From contig OX597814.1 of assembly GCA_951406725.2 (NCBI GenBank), positions 223,510,001 to 223,574,000 of the forward strand: a DNA stretch of 64,000 nucleotides. The letters are read 5' to 3'. The translations under genes were made by a program, and so were the position numbers. Within the stretch, counting starts at the first letter, position 1. Every line of letters begins with the position of its first letter. Source of the stretch: Octopus vulgaris (Eukaryota). The notes below the pieces were generated by a model that was not told the DNA's origin, made no database searches, and saw nothing but the letters and a program-made list of their open reading frames with translations. Of the stretch, positions 41,251 to 54,642 are shown piece after piece.

Positions 41251-42529
41251 TAATAGTACAGCCCTGGTCGTAAGCGTCTTTAAAGATTAAGTTTGTTTTG
41301 TTTGTTTTTTTGTTTTTTTTTTCAATATACTTTTGATTGAAATTATTTTTCTTTTACCAATATATTGTTCCATTGAATACGGCTAATCGAAACTCGCAAA
41401 ATATTATCATAATTCAATTATTTCGGTGCTGCTTCATCCCCTCCGTGTAATCTCTTTCACTTTCTCTGTTCAATTCTCTATTCAATTATTGTAAAGAAAG
41501 CAAAATTCAATAACGTTTTTTTCTTCTTTGGCGTGTATGTGTTTCTGTGTGTGTGCGCGCACGCGATGTGTGCGTGTGTGTGCATGTGTATGCGTGTGCG
41601 CGTGCGACGCGTGTGTGTGTGTATGTGTATGCGATCGCAAAATCGTTGAATTTTCTTCCTTGTTTGTGTATTTTTTTGTTGTTGTTATTGAAAATATAAA
41701 TTTAATAACGTCATCGTCATCATCATTATTAAGAAGACAACAACATCACAAAATCCACAATAGAAACCACTGCATCTGCAACAGCAGCAACAACAACAAC
41801 AACAGCAGCAGCAGCAGCAGCAGCAATTGCAATACAACACTACGATAACAATATCATAACACTATTAGCCACAGCAGCTACATCAGGGGAAAGCAACAAC
41901 GGTATCTACATCGAGTTCAACAACTGCAACATCTCTGTAAACAAGAGAAACGGCGACCACTGCAACATTATCGATAACAACATTAACAAAACTGAAAGCA
42001 GTAACAAAGTTTTACTCTGAAATGAATTTAATAGCATTATCATTACCATCATCATTAAGAAAAGAAAAAAACAAGAACACTAGTAACAGCATTAGTTAGC
42101 CTGCAATAGTAATTACTGCCTCCACAGTAACAACAGCTACACTCTACCACAAGCATAATACTAACATTATAATGAGGATTACGACGGTAGAAACATCACT
42201 TCAATGTTAACCGATGAAGGTACTTATATGCAATCGCTTGGTTTTAAAACAAAAGTACGGAAACGAACAGCCAATACCGAGCAAATCATCCGTTAATGAA
42301 ATAAATACAAAAACTAAACAGAAAGAGCACGTGACATATAATGTGTGAATTAAAGATCTCTATTCAAAAGTAAATGTGTTCCACCAATCCAGTTGCTCCA
42401 CTTTTAGTTCTCGTTCTTTTTCTCTCCCACCTCTCTCTCTTTACCTATCTATCTGTCTATCTCTATCTCTCCCGCCCAGCTTTTGTATCCAAGAAGCTTC
42501 ACAGAGTCATGAGGGAGGACGTTGAAAGG

Positions 42530-42601
<72 letters not shown>

Positions 42602-42893
42602 TCTTACATTCTAATATTTGTATGTAGTATTTAAACTAGAGAAATCGGTTCATTGATCTCTGTTCTTCCTTTCTACTCACTGCCAACGGAGTGGCTATGT
42701 TTGTTGTATAACACAAAAAGCAAAGCTGGTGGGATCAAGATCAAACCTTGGTTAAGTAACTAAAGAGTACCATCTTTTAGCACGCGGGGTTAGAAGGCAG
42801 TGCAGCCAACCTAAGAGTGTTTTAGCAAGAGTCTAGATAATCTTTGATTTTCTCTCATGTATGTATAATACACACGCGCACACACAAACACAC

Positions 42894-42942
<49 letters not shown>

Positions 42943-43336
42943 TGTGTGTGTGTATAAATTACAAAATGGGACAAGAACGCAAAACATCCGGACAACTAGG
43001 TGATACAAAAAGGGACAACAAAACATCCAAATAGACGATACAAAGAAAACAAGGACGGGTCATTCGAAGTTTTCTATCTTCAGTCAAGAACCAGTTTATC
43101 CTCGCACTTTCGGCTGATTACAACCTACCCCGATTCTAACAATAACTATCACTGATTACCTCACCTGAAATATATTTAATTATTTACAAAATATGTGATA
43201 TTCACCAATATCGAATGGCTATGTTTAATTGATGTAGCAAGCAGTTATAACATTATGACAAACTTCGGTCATGATCAGCAAAAGAAGCGATATTTGTCAA
43301 CTATGTAATAATTTATTTAATTAATATATTTTCCCA

Positions 43337-43402
<66 letters not shown>

Positions 43403-43478
43403 AGAATTCACAAAACAATAAAAGACGAAGGCAGGTGGTGTACACAACAAACAGATAACGCTCGGGAAATGAAAAAGA

Positions 43479-43514
43479 CTTTAAAGTTTCGACCCTACGC
43501 TCTTCCACAGAAAG
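43479..43514 (-). ncRNA. Degenerate minimal hammerhead (CUGUGGA core), same family as 24323-24358
   Basis: Reverse strand cuuu-CUGUGGA-A-GAGC(GUAG)GGUC-GAAA-CU-UU-aaag; adjacent to (TA)n. Confidence 0.45.
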
Positions 43515-44627
43515 GAACACAGAAAGAAACAGGAAGAAAAAATAAGAAGATGTAGAAAATCCAAGAAAAGTTCGTTGGGTTATGAGAGGAGAGAGGAGGT
43601 CTTGGCTTCAGTGCTTACCAGCAGTCACGTAAATTGTTCAGATACGTAACTCAGTTAATCTTACAGCTATATCTTATGTTTTGCATAAGCTCAGTAAATA
43701 AGGCTTACGTATTGTATCATGGTTTTGCTAATTGTTTTGCGTGGCTATGTTAGTCGGGAGCAGACATTGTCACTCATCACCCTAACTCTTATCTCTTCTG
43801 TTTATCCAATATATGACTGCTGGGAAGGTGTGGAAGCTTCTCCAGTAACCGGCTCGTACTCATTGACAGCTTAACATGCAGTATCAGCGTAAAATGTACA
43901 ATGCTGTTCAAGAACAGATTGCGCTGCCAAGTCCAATATTTGAACCCACGAACTTGTGATCACGAGCGGAGCCGTTCGTAATTGGTGTGGATAGCACATT
44001 TGTCGCTCAGTGTAATACTTTGAAGGGGAGTGCTAATATAACTGCTATCAGTTTCTTTCTCTGTCGTTTCTGGTTTGTAGCTCGAACGAATCCTTTTTTC
44101 TTTTTCTTTTTTTTCTGTTAGAGAGAGATTTACTTCCATCTCACTGCTCCTCGACGAAACTATGTCTCTTCTGAATATCACACAAGGCTGGATACCACAG
44201 TACTCCATTACGCGACGTAAAAGAAATTACATTAGCTCTATAAGCTGTAAATGCAACAAATATATATCTGCAGTGTTCTCTATTCTAAATTTTAGAAATT
44301 CTTTGAAATAATTTTCTCTTTGTTTCTTTATTTATATAACTTTTAGAATGTTAATTTCATTCCGGTTTTCTTTCTTCTTCTCCAGCAATTTTCCGTTCTG
44401 TGACATTAAAACTTCATGCGATTATAAATTTGTTAGCAGGTAACCAAACTCTCATCTGTCACATGCGTTATTACACACTCAAATCTCAAATGTTTTTATT
44501 AGTGAAACAAACACAAGAATATACTTTCCAGAATTTAAATGGCATCTATATGTCTAGTGATAAGGCACACAAGATATAGCTAGCTAGCGAGATAGATAGA
44601 TATACGTACGCATAAGTGAATGAATGA

Positions 44628-44780
44628 GTATGTATGTATGTATATATATATATACATACATATATATACATATATATATATATGTATGTATATATATATA
44701 TATATATATATACCTACATATATATATATATGTATGTATATATATATATATATATATATACCTACATATATATATATATG

Positions 44781-44815
<35 letters not shown>

Positions 44816-44860
44816 ACATATATATATATATGTATGTATATATATATATATATATATACC

Positions 44861-44903
<43 letters not shown>
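44628..44903. repeat. (TA)n array with a ~50-bp higher-order unit marked by tacctaca/tgtatg
   Basis: Direct read. Confidence 0.9.
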
Positions 44904-44909
<6 letters not shown>

Positions 44910-45647
44910 ACTTGCAAAGTAATTTTTTGCAGAATTACTTATTTTTCTGATATTCAATTACGTACATATTTAGTGACCTTTTTTCTGCAAAGTTCAGCTT
45001 ACAAGTAGTACCAATAACACCAACGGCGGTAACGGCACTACCAGAAGCAACGGCACCAACAGTAGTGGCAGCAGCGGTACCATCAGAAGCAGCAGCAGCA
45101 GTAGTAGTAGTAGTAGTAGTGAAAAGCTGAATAATGAGCTTAGTCGAACAACATTGAATGCAGTATTTCACATATATTAACACATATATATATATATATA
45201 AATATATATATAGAGAGAGAGAGGGGGAGAGGGAGAGGGAGAGAGAGAAAGCTCATAAATTATAACGATATATTTAGAAGGAAATCAAATTTGAACATGA
45301 CGCCTACTTAAAGGATAACAAATTATAAATTAAATGATTGTCGGAAATTATATCGACACTGTTCTGCCTTACATTTACATGCAACTGCAAATACTTCTCT
45401 TTTCTTTTCCTTTTTTTATTATTATCTTGTAGTAAACTAAGATCTTTCTGTGATTTTTCAAGATTTTCTATACACTTTGTGGTAACAATTAATAAGAAGA
45501 AAATAAAGCTTGTTCGCAAAGTTACTGCTAAATGGTGGATTAGCTGAATCGTTAGAGCGTCGGACAAGAGAAGTTGTGGTATTTCTTCCTCATTTCCATC
45601 TGAGTACAAAGACCGCCGAATCAGTTTTTCCCATTCATCCTATAGAG

Positions 45648-46293
45648 CAGGGGTCCACAATCACGGGAATATGAATCATTTGGTACCGGGCCGCAGAGAA
45701 TGAATAAATGTTTACATTTTATTGACTATCGCAATCTGTAGGGTGTTTTGCATTACATATTTAGGATCGTTTCGGTTTGAACGGCAGTTTTTTTCTAGCG
45801 GTGTCATATGAAATTGTCACCCATAATTATGACCCTAGTATCGATCTATTGCATTTCGATCTGTTTTAGGGTTAGGGTTAGTTAGAGTTAGGTAAATAAA
45901 CCCAATCTGTTTCTTAAACGAGGGATATATTCATACGGCACAGAATGCTTTCACCTCAATAGACGTCATTGATTGGTTGAAATTGCAGAAATTGAAGAAA
46001 AAAAACAACAAATATCTTACAAACTATAGAATTTTCTCAATAAAGCCAAGAGAAAAAGATGATTTATAAACACATTCTACAAGTATACGAAGTTTAAAAG
46101 TGTTTAGTTACGTGGAAATTATTTTTAAAAAACTGCCGGTCAAACCGAAAAAATCCCATATTTATTATGCATGTAATGATTAGATTTCATACTATGCACT
46201 TTATCCGATTTGTTATGTGTGTGATGCCGCACTCACTAGGAAAATTGTCTTGCTAGAAACCAGTTCGTACATAAAAAAGTTTGGAGATCGCTG
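45648..46293 (+). mobile_element. hAT/Charlie-type (MER1-like) MITE
   Basis: CAGGGGTCCACAA...gtaccgggccgca...aaaattgtcttgctagaaaccag...aaagtttggagatcgCTG; decayed 8-bp TSD ctatagag/ctctaagg. Confidence 0.75.
45764..46156 (+). mobile_element. MITE with GG..CC termini, 8-bp TSD and internal TTAGGG repeats (Merlin-like)
   Basis: TIRs GGATCGTTTCGGTTTGAACGGCAG / CTGCCGGTCAAACCGAAAAAATCC; perfect TSD catattta. Confidence 0.88.
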
Positions 46294-47064
46294 CTCTAAG
46301 GGACGATAAAAATGAAGTATTAGTCAAATACGGATGTGTATATTATCGACTAATCGCCTGTCTTTAAAACTGTTGTACTTGTGCCATTCTCTCTAATGTA
46401 TTTTGTGTAGTGAGATATTACACTGAGCCACTACAAAAGTTAAATTAAATTGTATCTCGTGAATACCGTTTTATACGTTAGATTTTCATCATAAAACAAG
46501 ATAAACTTTAATGCAGTGTTAATTGCAGTATTGCTTACTCAAGATCGAAACCAGAAGGCAAATGTAGGTCCTTGAGGAATATATATCAAATCATATTCAT
46601 GATTTCAGATTTATAAGCATACCAGATTTTAATGCATACATTTTTATTTAAATCATTTAAAGTACTTCGAATCATCGTTTGTGAGCAAATCAACGATAAA
46701 CCAAAGATAAATTGTATTTTTATTGTGAACTCCCAATGAATGAGAACATTCCTTAATAATTAAATTGTTCGGTCATTAAAGAATGTTAGAGTTTCATGAA
46801 GTGAATCGATGATAAAAACTGTCTGGTCTTAGTCAGAAATGTGTTATTAAATTATAAACAACAACCGTAAAATTAGACACGACTTCCCTTTAAATTATAG
46901 CAAGTGCAACAGGAAATGTATTCCAACAGAGCAATATAAGTCTGATGGAAAAACAAAATCGTTTATCTCTGACATTTTGTTGCATAAAAGGAATGCAGGA
47001 GTGTGTTTGCTAGATTCATTCATTATTATTTGCAATTTTACTGTTAATACTAGTAGCGTAGTAA

Positions 47065-47844
47065 GGCGGCGAGCTGGCGGAAACGTTCACACGTCGGGCG
47101 AAATGCGTAGCCGTATTTCATTTGCCGTTACGTTCTGAGTTCAAATTCCACCGAGGTCGACTTTGCCTTTCATCCTTTCGGGGTCTATAAATTAAGTACC
47201 AGTTACGCACTGGGGTCGATGTAATCGACTTAATCCGTTTGTCTGTCCTTGTTTGTCCTCTGTGTTTAGCCCCTTGTGGGTAGTAAAAAAAAATAGGTAT
47301 TTCGTCTGCCGTTACGTTCTGCTTTCAAATTCCGCCGAGGTCGACTTTGCCTTTCAACCTTTCGGGGTCGATTAAATAAGTACCAGTTACGCACTGGGGT
47401 CGATATAATCGACTTAATCCGTTTGTTTGTTCTTGTTTGTCCTCTGTGTTTAGCCCTTGTGGGTAGTAAAAAATAGGTGTTTCGTCTGCCGTTACGTTCT
47501 GCTTTCAAATTCCGCCGAGGTCGACTTTGCCTTTCAACCTTTCGGGGTCGATTAAATAAGTACCAGTTACGCACTGGGGTCGATATAATCGACTTAATCC
47601 GTTTGTTTGTTCTTGTTTGTCCTCTGTGTTTAGCCCCTTGTGGGTAGTAAAAAAAATAGGTATTTCGTCTGCCGTTACGTTCTGCGTTCAAATTCCGCCG
47701 AGATCGACTTTGCCTTTCAACCTTTCGGGGTCGATTAAATAAGTACCAATTACGCACTGGGGTCGATATAATCGACTTAATCCGTTTGTCTGTTCCTGTT
47801 TGTCCCCTCTAAGTTTAGCCACTTGTGGGCAATAAAAAATAAGA
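47065..47844 (+). mobile_element. Nin-domain-like SINE followed by three head-truncated tandem units (~181 bp)
   Basis: Units restart at gtatttcgtctgccg at 47297, 47477 and 47660. Confidence 0.95.
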
Positions 47845-48154
47845 ACATTTCCGTGGAAGAGCTACCAGAGACATCAGCTTACTTTATCATTGAAGTACAA
47901 TAACTATAATTTCTTACATGTAAAAATTATAATAGTGGTTATTTCTCACATAGGTACAAGGTAAATGATTTGAAGCAGTGAGTTAATTGATTGTATCCTC
48001 TCCAGCACTTAAGTGGTACTTAGCTTAATTGACTGTGCAAAAAAAAAAAAAAATGAAAGCAAACTTAACCTCCTGGGGTTTTGAACTCGAAACAAAGAAA
48101 GATAGATAAATGCTGCAAAGTTTTTTGACCGACATTCTAAAGATACACATGCAA

Positions 48155-48446
48155 CACAGAATCTCCTCTTCTGTTGTAACTGTTATGGGGAAAATACACC
48201 GCCAGAAGTTCTTGCTGACAAACAAAAGCAGTAGTTTTATTCAGTTGAATACACGTCCTTGATTGGTTGAAATTACCGAAATAAGACTACCTTAACGTGA
48301 AATAACTTCGTAAATATAAGTTTTTCTCAAAAATGCTAAGAGTAAAAGATGTTTTATATGACACATTCTACCAATGTGCAAAGTTTGAATGTGTTTAGCA
48401 ACAAAAACCTATTTTTTAAATCTGTAGGTCAAAAGGTGAAGATCCC
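48155..48446 (+). mobile_element. Older relative of the Merlin-like MITE
   Basis: acgtccttgattggttgaaatt...ttttctcaa...aaaagatgttttata...cacattctacc...ggtcaaaaggtgaagatccc parallels 45960-46156. Confidence 0.65.
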
Positions 48447-48905
48447 TGTTGTGCAATTGATTATGCGTAAACTATTTAATCAACTTATTTTAATATGTCA
48501 CTACTCTTGATTTCGTTAATGTTAATTTGGTTATCCTTTCCTTTTCTCACTGCGAGTGAATAACAAAAAATGTAATTAATATCGTTCGCTCTATTTAATC
48601 AAGTATCCTTGCATCCCAAATTATTTTACCTTGTCTATATGATCAAAATAAATCATTGCATATTTTTAACAGAAGATAACTCCCTAGTATTTCAAGGAAG
48701 ACAGACAAGGGTATAGTGATGTTTATGTCTTTCTCAACGCTATTAGCCGAGTAATTCCAAAGGTCAATTCAAAATACGACGACCTGGTCTGCGAATAGTT
48801 TACATCGCATTTTATAATGTTATCCCTATTTGTTGTTGTCATTGTTGATGTTGTTGTTGTTCTTGCTCTTGTTTTGTTTCAAGTGGTTTCTGATCAAAAA
48901 CATTC

Positions 48906-49320
48906 GGATCTTTTCGGTTTGACCGGCAGTTTTTAACATAATTTCTAGGTAGCTAAACACTTTTAAAATTCGTATACTGGTAGAATGTGTTTATAAAACA
49001 TCTTTTTCTCTTGGCTTTATTGAGAAAATTCTATAGTTTGTAAGATATTTGTTGTTTTTTTCTTCAATTTCTGCAACTTCAACCAATCAGTGACGTCTAT
49101 TGAGTTAAAAAGCATTCTGTGCCGTATGAATATGTCCCTCGTTTAAGAAACAGATTGGGTTTATTTACATTTGTGAAGGAAAAAAGATACCCTTCCCCCA
49201 CCCCTAACCCTAACCCTAAAAGAACTTGAAATGCAATAGATCGATTCTAGGGTCATAATTATGGGTGACAATTTCATATGACACCGCTAGAAAAAACTAC
49301 CGTTCAAACCGAAAAGATCC
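48906..49320 (-). mobile_element. Second Merlin-like MITE copy, opposite orientation
   Basis: TIRs GGATCTTTTCGGTTTGACCGGCAG / CTACCGTTCAAACCGAAAAGATCC; TSD aaacattc/aaacatta; (CCCTAA)3 inside. Confidence 0.9.
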
Positions 49321-50132
49321 AAACATTAGTTTGTTTTTCAGTGAAGTGTACACCACCCAATATCCTCAAATGTGCTGTGTTATTTTTGAAGACAGTAGGG
49401 TGTAGTTTCAAGGAGATTTAACTGCTATTACTAGCAGATAGATTGACCGTGTAAAGGATTCTGTCTGTGACTTCTTTGTTGATTACTCGGGGCATTGTGT
49501 TTAGCTTGTATATTATCACCTCCTCCGCACAAAATATAGGTTAATTGTATATATGTAGGGCGATAACCTAAACTTTGACAATTCCCGATAGCATTCAGAA
49601 TCACGCATGTCAGGATATTTAGAAACACACACCTCAGGAAATTCGAATTTACATTTCCACTTCTAGCAAACTGGATACAAATTCACACTCACCTCTTGGT
49701 AAATAATGCTAACTCACATAGTGTTTTTTTTTTAATTTTATAAAATTGTTGAATGCTATTCTATTGTAACTGACAGAGAACTTCCAGCTGTAAAACTGTG
49801 TTATTAAATTATTTTCAGTGAGTTTTGCTAAACGTCGACACAAATTACGAAACAAAATGTTTGGCAAAAACTTTTCCTTTGATACACATTTCAAGAGCGA
49901 TATATTTTAAGAACGATTTGTCATCACACAAAAGAAATCAGCATAACTTCAAACACTGATGTCAGTTTGTGTCACAATAAATTACCTTTCTTTTTATATA
50001 TTTAGCTTCATCTTTTGATTAGTCAATGTCTCAATAAGAGATTTGGTAATAGGGTGTAATTAGATTTAGTTTCGTCGACTTGCGCTCTGAATTCATCTAA
50101 GAATTCTATAAAAAGCCATAAGTCACCCACAC

Positions 50133-50180
<48 letters not shown>

Positions 50181-50203
50181 TGTGTGTGTGTGTGTGTGTG
50201 TGT

Positions 50204-51130
50204 CGCCACCAGTAGGACATGTAATATTATCGGTTAGGCTCGAAATTATAATTGACACTCTGGTCTATAACTAATGAGGTGTTGGCGACATTCTGTGTCT
50301 CTTTCCCGTTTGTTTGTGCATTTATTATATATTTTTAACGCATTATTTAATGCAACGCTACGTCCTGCACATTTGTTTTTGTTTCTTCATAAATACTCCA
50401 TATTTTTGTACGATTTCCTCGCCCCTTTCACTTCCCCTCTCACTTTCACACAAACCCACACTCATTCTCACTCTCTCTCTCCTCCCCTTCATTCTATGCT
50501 GTTATCAGTCACGTTCTTGTGTCTTCCCTCTCTGTATTTCTCTCTACCCTCTACCATTCCCCCTCCCTCACTCCTGCTACTGTCATAAGACCTGTGGTCA
50601 TTGTCTTATCTCTTTCTTTTCACAACCGTCTCGCTTACCAAGCGATCACAATTTCTCGTCTTTCGCTCTATTCACCTTTCGTTGTCATTCCGTTCGATCC
50701 CTCAGGATATTCTCCTAGCGTTGACAATTTAACGTCTTCTGTCTGGCCCCAAGGCTTTATATTGTTCGTTTATTTATATCAGTTCATTTGTATTCCCACA
50801 GTCTTGTTTTTTTTTTATTCTCTGTCACTCGTACATCCACTAATTGTCTTGTTTTGGATTACATTTATTCCACATTTGTATATTAACTTTCAGTATCGCA
50901 TTCTTGTCTGTTCATATTGTTTTATTTCTTGTTTGTTTGTTTTCTTGGGGGGGGGGGGCTCGATAATTCCTGGCGGTGTTTGCTGTCGGTGCCACAAGTA
51001 GGGAATGCAATATTATAGGTTAGACGCGAAATTACAATTGACCCTATGGCTGATAACTAATGAAGATCTGGCAACATCTGAGTCTTTTCCCGTTTGTCTG
51101 TGCATTTATTGTATGCTTTTAACATATTAT
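50204..51130 (+). mobile_element. Non-coding element with ~140-bp diverged direct terminal repeats (50204-50347, 50990-51130), pLTR-like
   Basis: gccac.agtag...aatattat.ggttag...cgaaatta.aattgac...ataactaatga...ttcccgtttgt.tgtgcatttatt occurs twice around a CT-rich interior. Confidence 0.75.
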
Positions 51131-52257
51131 ACATGTACGTGTATCAATATTTAGCAGGAGAATTACTCTATAGCATATCTGTTACATATTAAGGAAAAAA
51201 ATATACATTTATTTCGAGTCCTATTTTTCTGTGTGCATCAAGAAACCTATATATATATATATTTATATAATCAATGATTTTAATCACTTATTTTGAAATG
51301 GTATAGATAATACCGTACTAAATTCTGATGTCTCAACGTAAGTACCATATTCATCTGAATCTATTTATTTATATATATATATTTGGATTATATATACATA
51401 TATATAGTTGAAATTTACAGGAAATCAAAAAACGAAGAAAGCTGTATAAACATAATATGTATATACAGAGAGAATTGGGAAGGGAGGAGGGAGAGTGAGT
51501 ACAAGACAATGGATGATCAATCTATTAGAAATATCGATTAAATCTCCTTCAAAATCACACCTATTTACCTAAAAGAGCTTCAATTTTAGGACACAAATGA
51601 TGTGTAAACAGGCAGGTTGGTCACGGCTAAAACAGCTTTGATCATACCTCTGTTTGGTGATGGCTTCCTGAATTTAACAACAGCAGCACCAATAATCACC
51701 GAGATTGATTCTGTTGATAATAAATCACACCAACAAAATTAGTTTTAAGCTGAAGATATTCAATAAACAAGATCGAGTATGTTTTAGCATCGGACTAGAT
51801 GTGTTGCAATATTATGCTAAAGTTCTTAATGTTGTTGATCACTATGATAGCTACCAATAATATCTTCAGTTATTTTGATCTCTTAGATTTCCCTAAATAA
51901 ACTAGCTTTGTGTCTAGTCATAATATCAATAATATATAAATAATAAATACTCTTTTAACAATGTAAGTTTTGTTTCCATAGAAACTTCATAACTCAGTGA
52001 TAATAAATGTAGAAAATTATACTCCTGCGTTACACGATAAAAGAAACGAAGCAACTGCATTTGAAAGTTATCTGAGATTGATTTTCATTACAAACAATTC
52101 CTTGAACAAAATTTAAATGTGATTTTTCAACAAGGTTGCGAGAGTAGGGGACACCGCGTGATATTTTGCAGTATTTAGTTCCTTGAATTCCACTTTTCGA
52201 TCTTGCGTAAAGTGAAAACTAGAAGAATTCATTGGGAAGTTTAATCGCCAATGTTTT

Positions 52258-52563
52258 TTTGTTGTTGTTGTTTATTCCTTCTCGAGCCATGCCTGGCTCA
52301 GAAGGGCCGGTTTCCCGGTTTCCTTGGCGTATAGGTTCCTCACCTGGACGGGACGCCAGTCCGTCGCAGGTGAACTGCAAGATGCAGGAGGAAAGAGTGA
52401 GAGAAAGTTGTGGCGAAGCAGTAAGCAGAAGTTCGCCATTACCTTCTGCCAGAGCCGCGAGGAGCTTAGGTGTTTTGCTCTTAAACACACACATCGCCCG
52501 GTCTGAAATTCGAATCCGCGATCCCTCGACCGCGAGTCCGCTGCTTAGGCCACGTGCCTCCAC
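52258..52563 (-). mobile_element. Third tRNA-derived SINE family (Meta/V-SINE-like core, (AAC)n tail)
   Basis: Minus strand gtggaggcacgtggccta..., B box ggattcgaatttc, cctgcgacggactggcgtcccgtccagg, gaaaccggg, tail aacaacaac. Confidence 0.8.
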
Positions 52564-52861
52564 AATCGACAATGTTACTTTCCTACGATAACTTATCTTG
52601 AATTTATTAAAAATAAATGAATGTTGAATAAAAAAAAATTATTATTTGAGTTTTATACAGCTATACATATGATATAATATGATATAATATAAGCTATAGA
52701 TGCAGACATATACGTACATGTATATATGTTACAAATACATATAAATAATTTCCTTGTGTATCATTATACAAAACATATAGAATATGTAGTACGATAGAAG
52801 AGGACGTAGCTTAAAGGAACTTCTTTTGGCATTTTGCAATAATGCAGACTTGTAACTAATC

Positions 52862-53281
52862 TCTTTTTTTACTCTTTTTACTTGTTTCAGTCATTTGACT
52901 GCGGCCATGCTGGAGCACCGCCTTTAATTGAGCAACTCGACCCCGGGACTTATTCTTTTGTAAGCCCAGTACTTATTCTATCGGTCTCTTTTGCCGAACC
53001 GCTGAGTAACGGGGACATAAGCACACCAGCATCGTTTGTCAAGCAATGCTAGGGGGACAAACACAGACGCACAAACACACACACGCACATATATATATAT
53101 ATATATATACATATATACGACGGGCTTCTTTCAGTTTCCGTCTACCAAATCCACTCACAAGGCTTTGGTCGGCCCGAGGCTATAGTAGAAAACATTTGCC
53201 CAAGGTGCCACGCAGTGGGACAGAACCCGGAACTATGTGGTTGGTAAACAAGCTACTTACCACACAGCCACTCCTACGCCT
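52862..53281 (-). mobile_element. Full-length CORE-like SINE
   Basis: Reverse complement matches 39212-39617. Confidence 0.92.
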
Positions 53282-53426
53282 ATAGGTGTAGGGATCTATT
53301 TATTATTAAATATAATAATATAGATTATTTACATGATTTATGTTACGAAACAATTTGTCATGATATTAGAATTTTCTTATTGTTAAACTATATTTCATCA
53401 AAGTATTTCTTTCTCATTTATGACCT

Positions 53427-53460
<34 letters not shown>

Positions 53461-53461
53461 T

Positions 53462-53499
<38 letters not shown>

Positions 53500-54642
53500 A
53501 CGTGCGTGTGTGCGTGCGTGTGTGTGCGTGCGATGTTTTAAATCATATGAATTATGCGTGTAACTCAGGTTTTCCTTTTTAAAAATCATCTAATAATTCT
53601 GAATAAAGATTAAACCAACCATTTCAGTCTAAATAGTTCTTCCTATCTTCGAACCATAATTGCATATACCTTAAAATATAAATCTCAACGCCTCTATCTC
53701 TAACCCTGTGCAGTCTATTCCATCTTCCTTCTGAATTATACTGTCCGTACTTATGCAGTATCGAATAATACCACAACTGGAATGCTGCTTACATATCTAG
53801 GATAGCACTGGTGCTACACGACAAGATTTGTACACTCCACTTAAACAAAACTTACCCAGCACACTTTTAAATCTAACGTACATATGTGCTGTTGACTCAC
53901 AATGGTTCTGTTATCGTCAGTTTTACATCAGTTTTAAAATGTAGAGCATTTAAAAACTGATGTAATACTTACATTGTTTAATTAAATGAAGTAGCATGAA
54001 ACGATTGTACTACACTACCTTGGATATCCTTGTTGCTTATTTTGATTATAATCATCTCCATTTGATTTATATGAATAATATCATGCAAATGATAAAACTT
54101 TTTAATTTTTATCTGCATCTATGCGAATGATAACACTTTTTAATTTTCATTTGCGTACGAATACAAACATATGTGATATACATTGCTCTTACCAGAAATT
54201 CACTTCTACACAATTTATCGACCTGCCATAACTCATTGATTAGACCAAAGACCTTGTAAGCTCTTTCCCTTAAACATTCTCTTCCAAAGTTGTATCTCTC
54301 TAAAATCCCCCACCTGTGTTTTTTGTTTTTCTTTTGTTTACTGCTGACAACCTGTATTCAATCCACACATCTCACACAGATCAATCCCCATCCCCACATC
54401 ATACAGGGACAGACATTATATATGTAAAGGCCTTCTCTTTTTATCTTCCGATAAAATAATTCGGTAATATTTGTTTGTAATGTCCAAGAATATTTACACT
54501 CATATCAACTATACCAAACATTTGAATATGTCTCTACAATTGAAAAACTAGAAGGCAACATTTGTGATAGAGACACTGTACAAAATACAGATACCTTAGT
54601 CATGTAGTACAATTAATTTTAAGTGTTGACGGTAATATAGAA

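Larger units (their letters stand above)
45530..46385 (+). mobile_element. Old Nin-domain-like SINE split by nested insertions (halves ~45530-45640 and ~46294-46385)
   Basis: gaatcgttagagcgtcggacaag...cattcatcct | gggacgataaaaatgaagtattagtc...atcgactaatc. Confidence 0.6.

Noticed and set aside
45005-45120. T/S/G/A-rich coding-like stretch, similar to 41700-42200
   Set aside because: Cryptic trinucleotide repeat grading into (GTA)n; no exon evidence
45865-45892. Telomere
   Set aside because: Only 2-3 units, internal to a MITE
47065-47844. Possible CRISPR-like array, and the 163-aa repetitive ORF on the minus strand
   Set aside because: Units are contiguous ~181-bp SINE copies with no unique spacers; the ORF is incidental
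52219-52591. GC-rich overlapping ORFs of 117-119 aa
   Set aside because: They lie within a SINE
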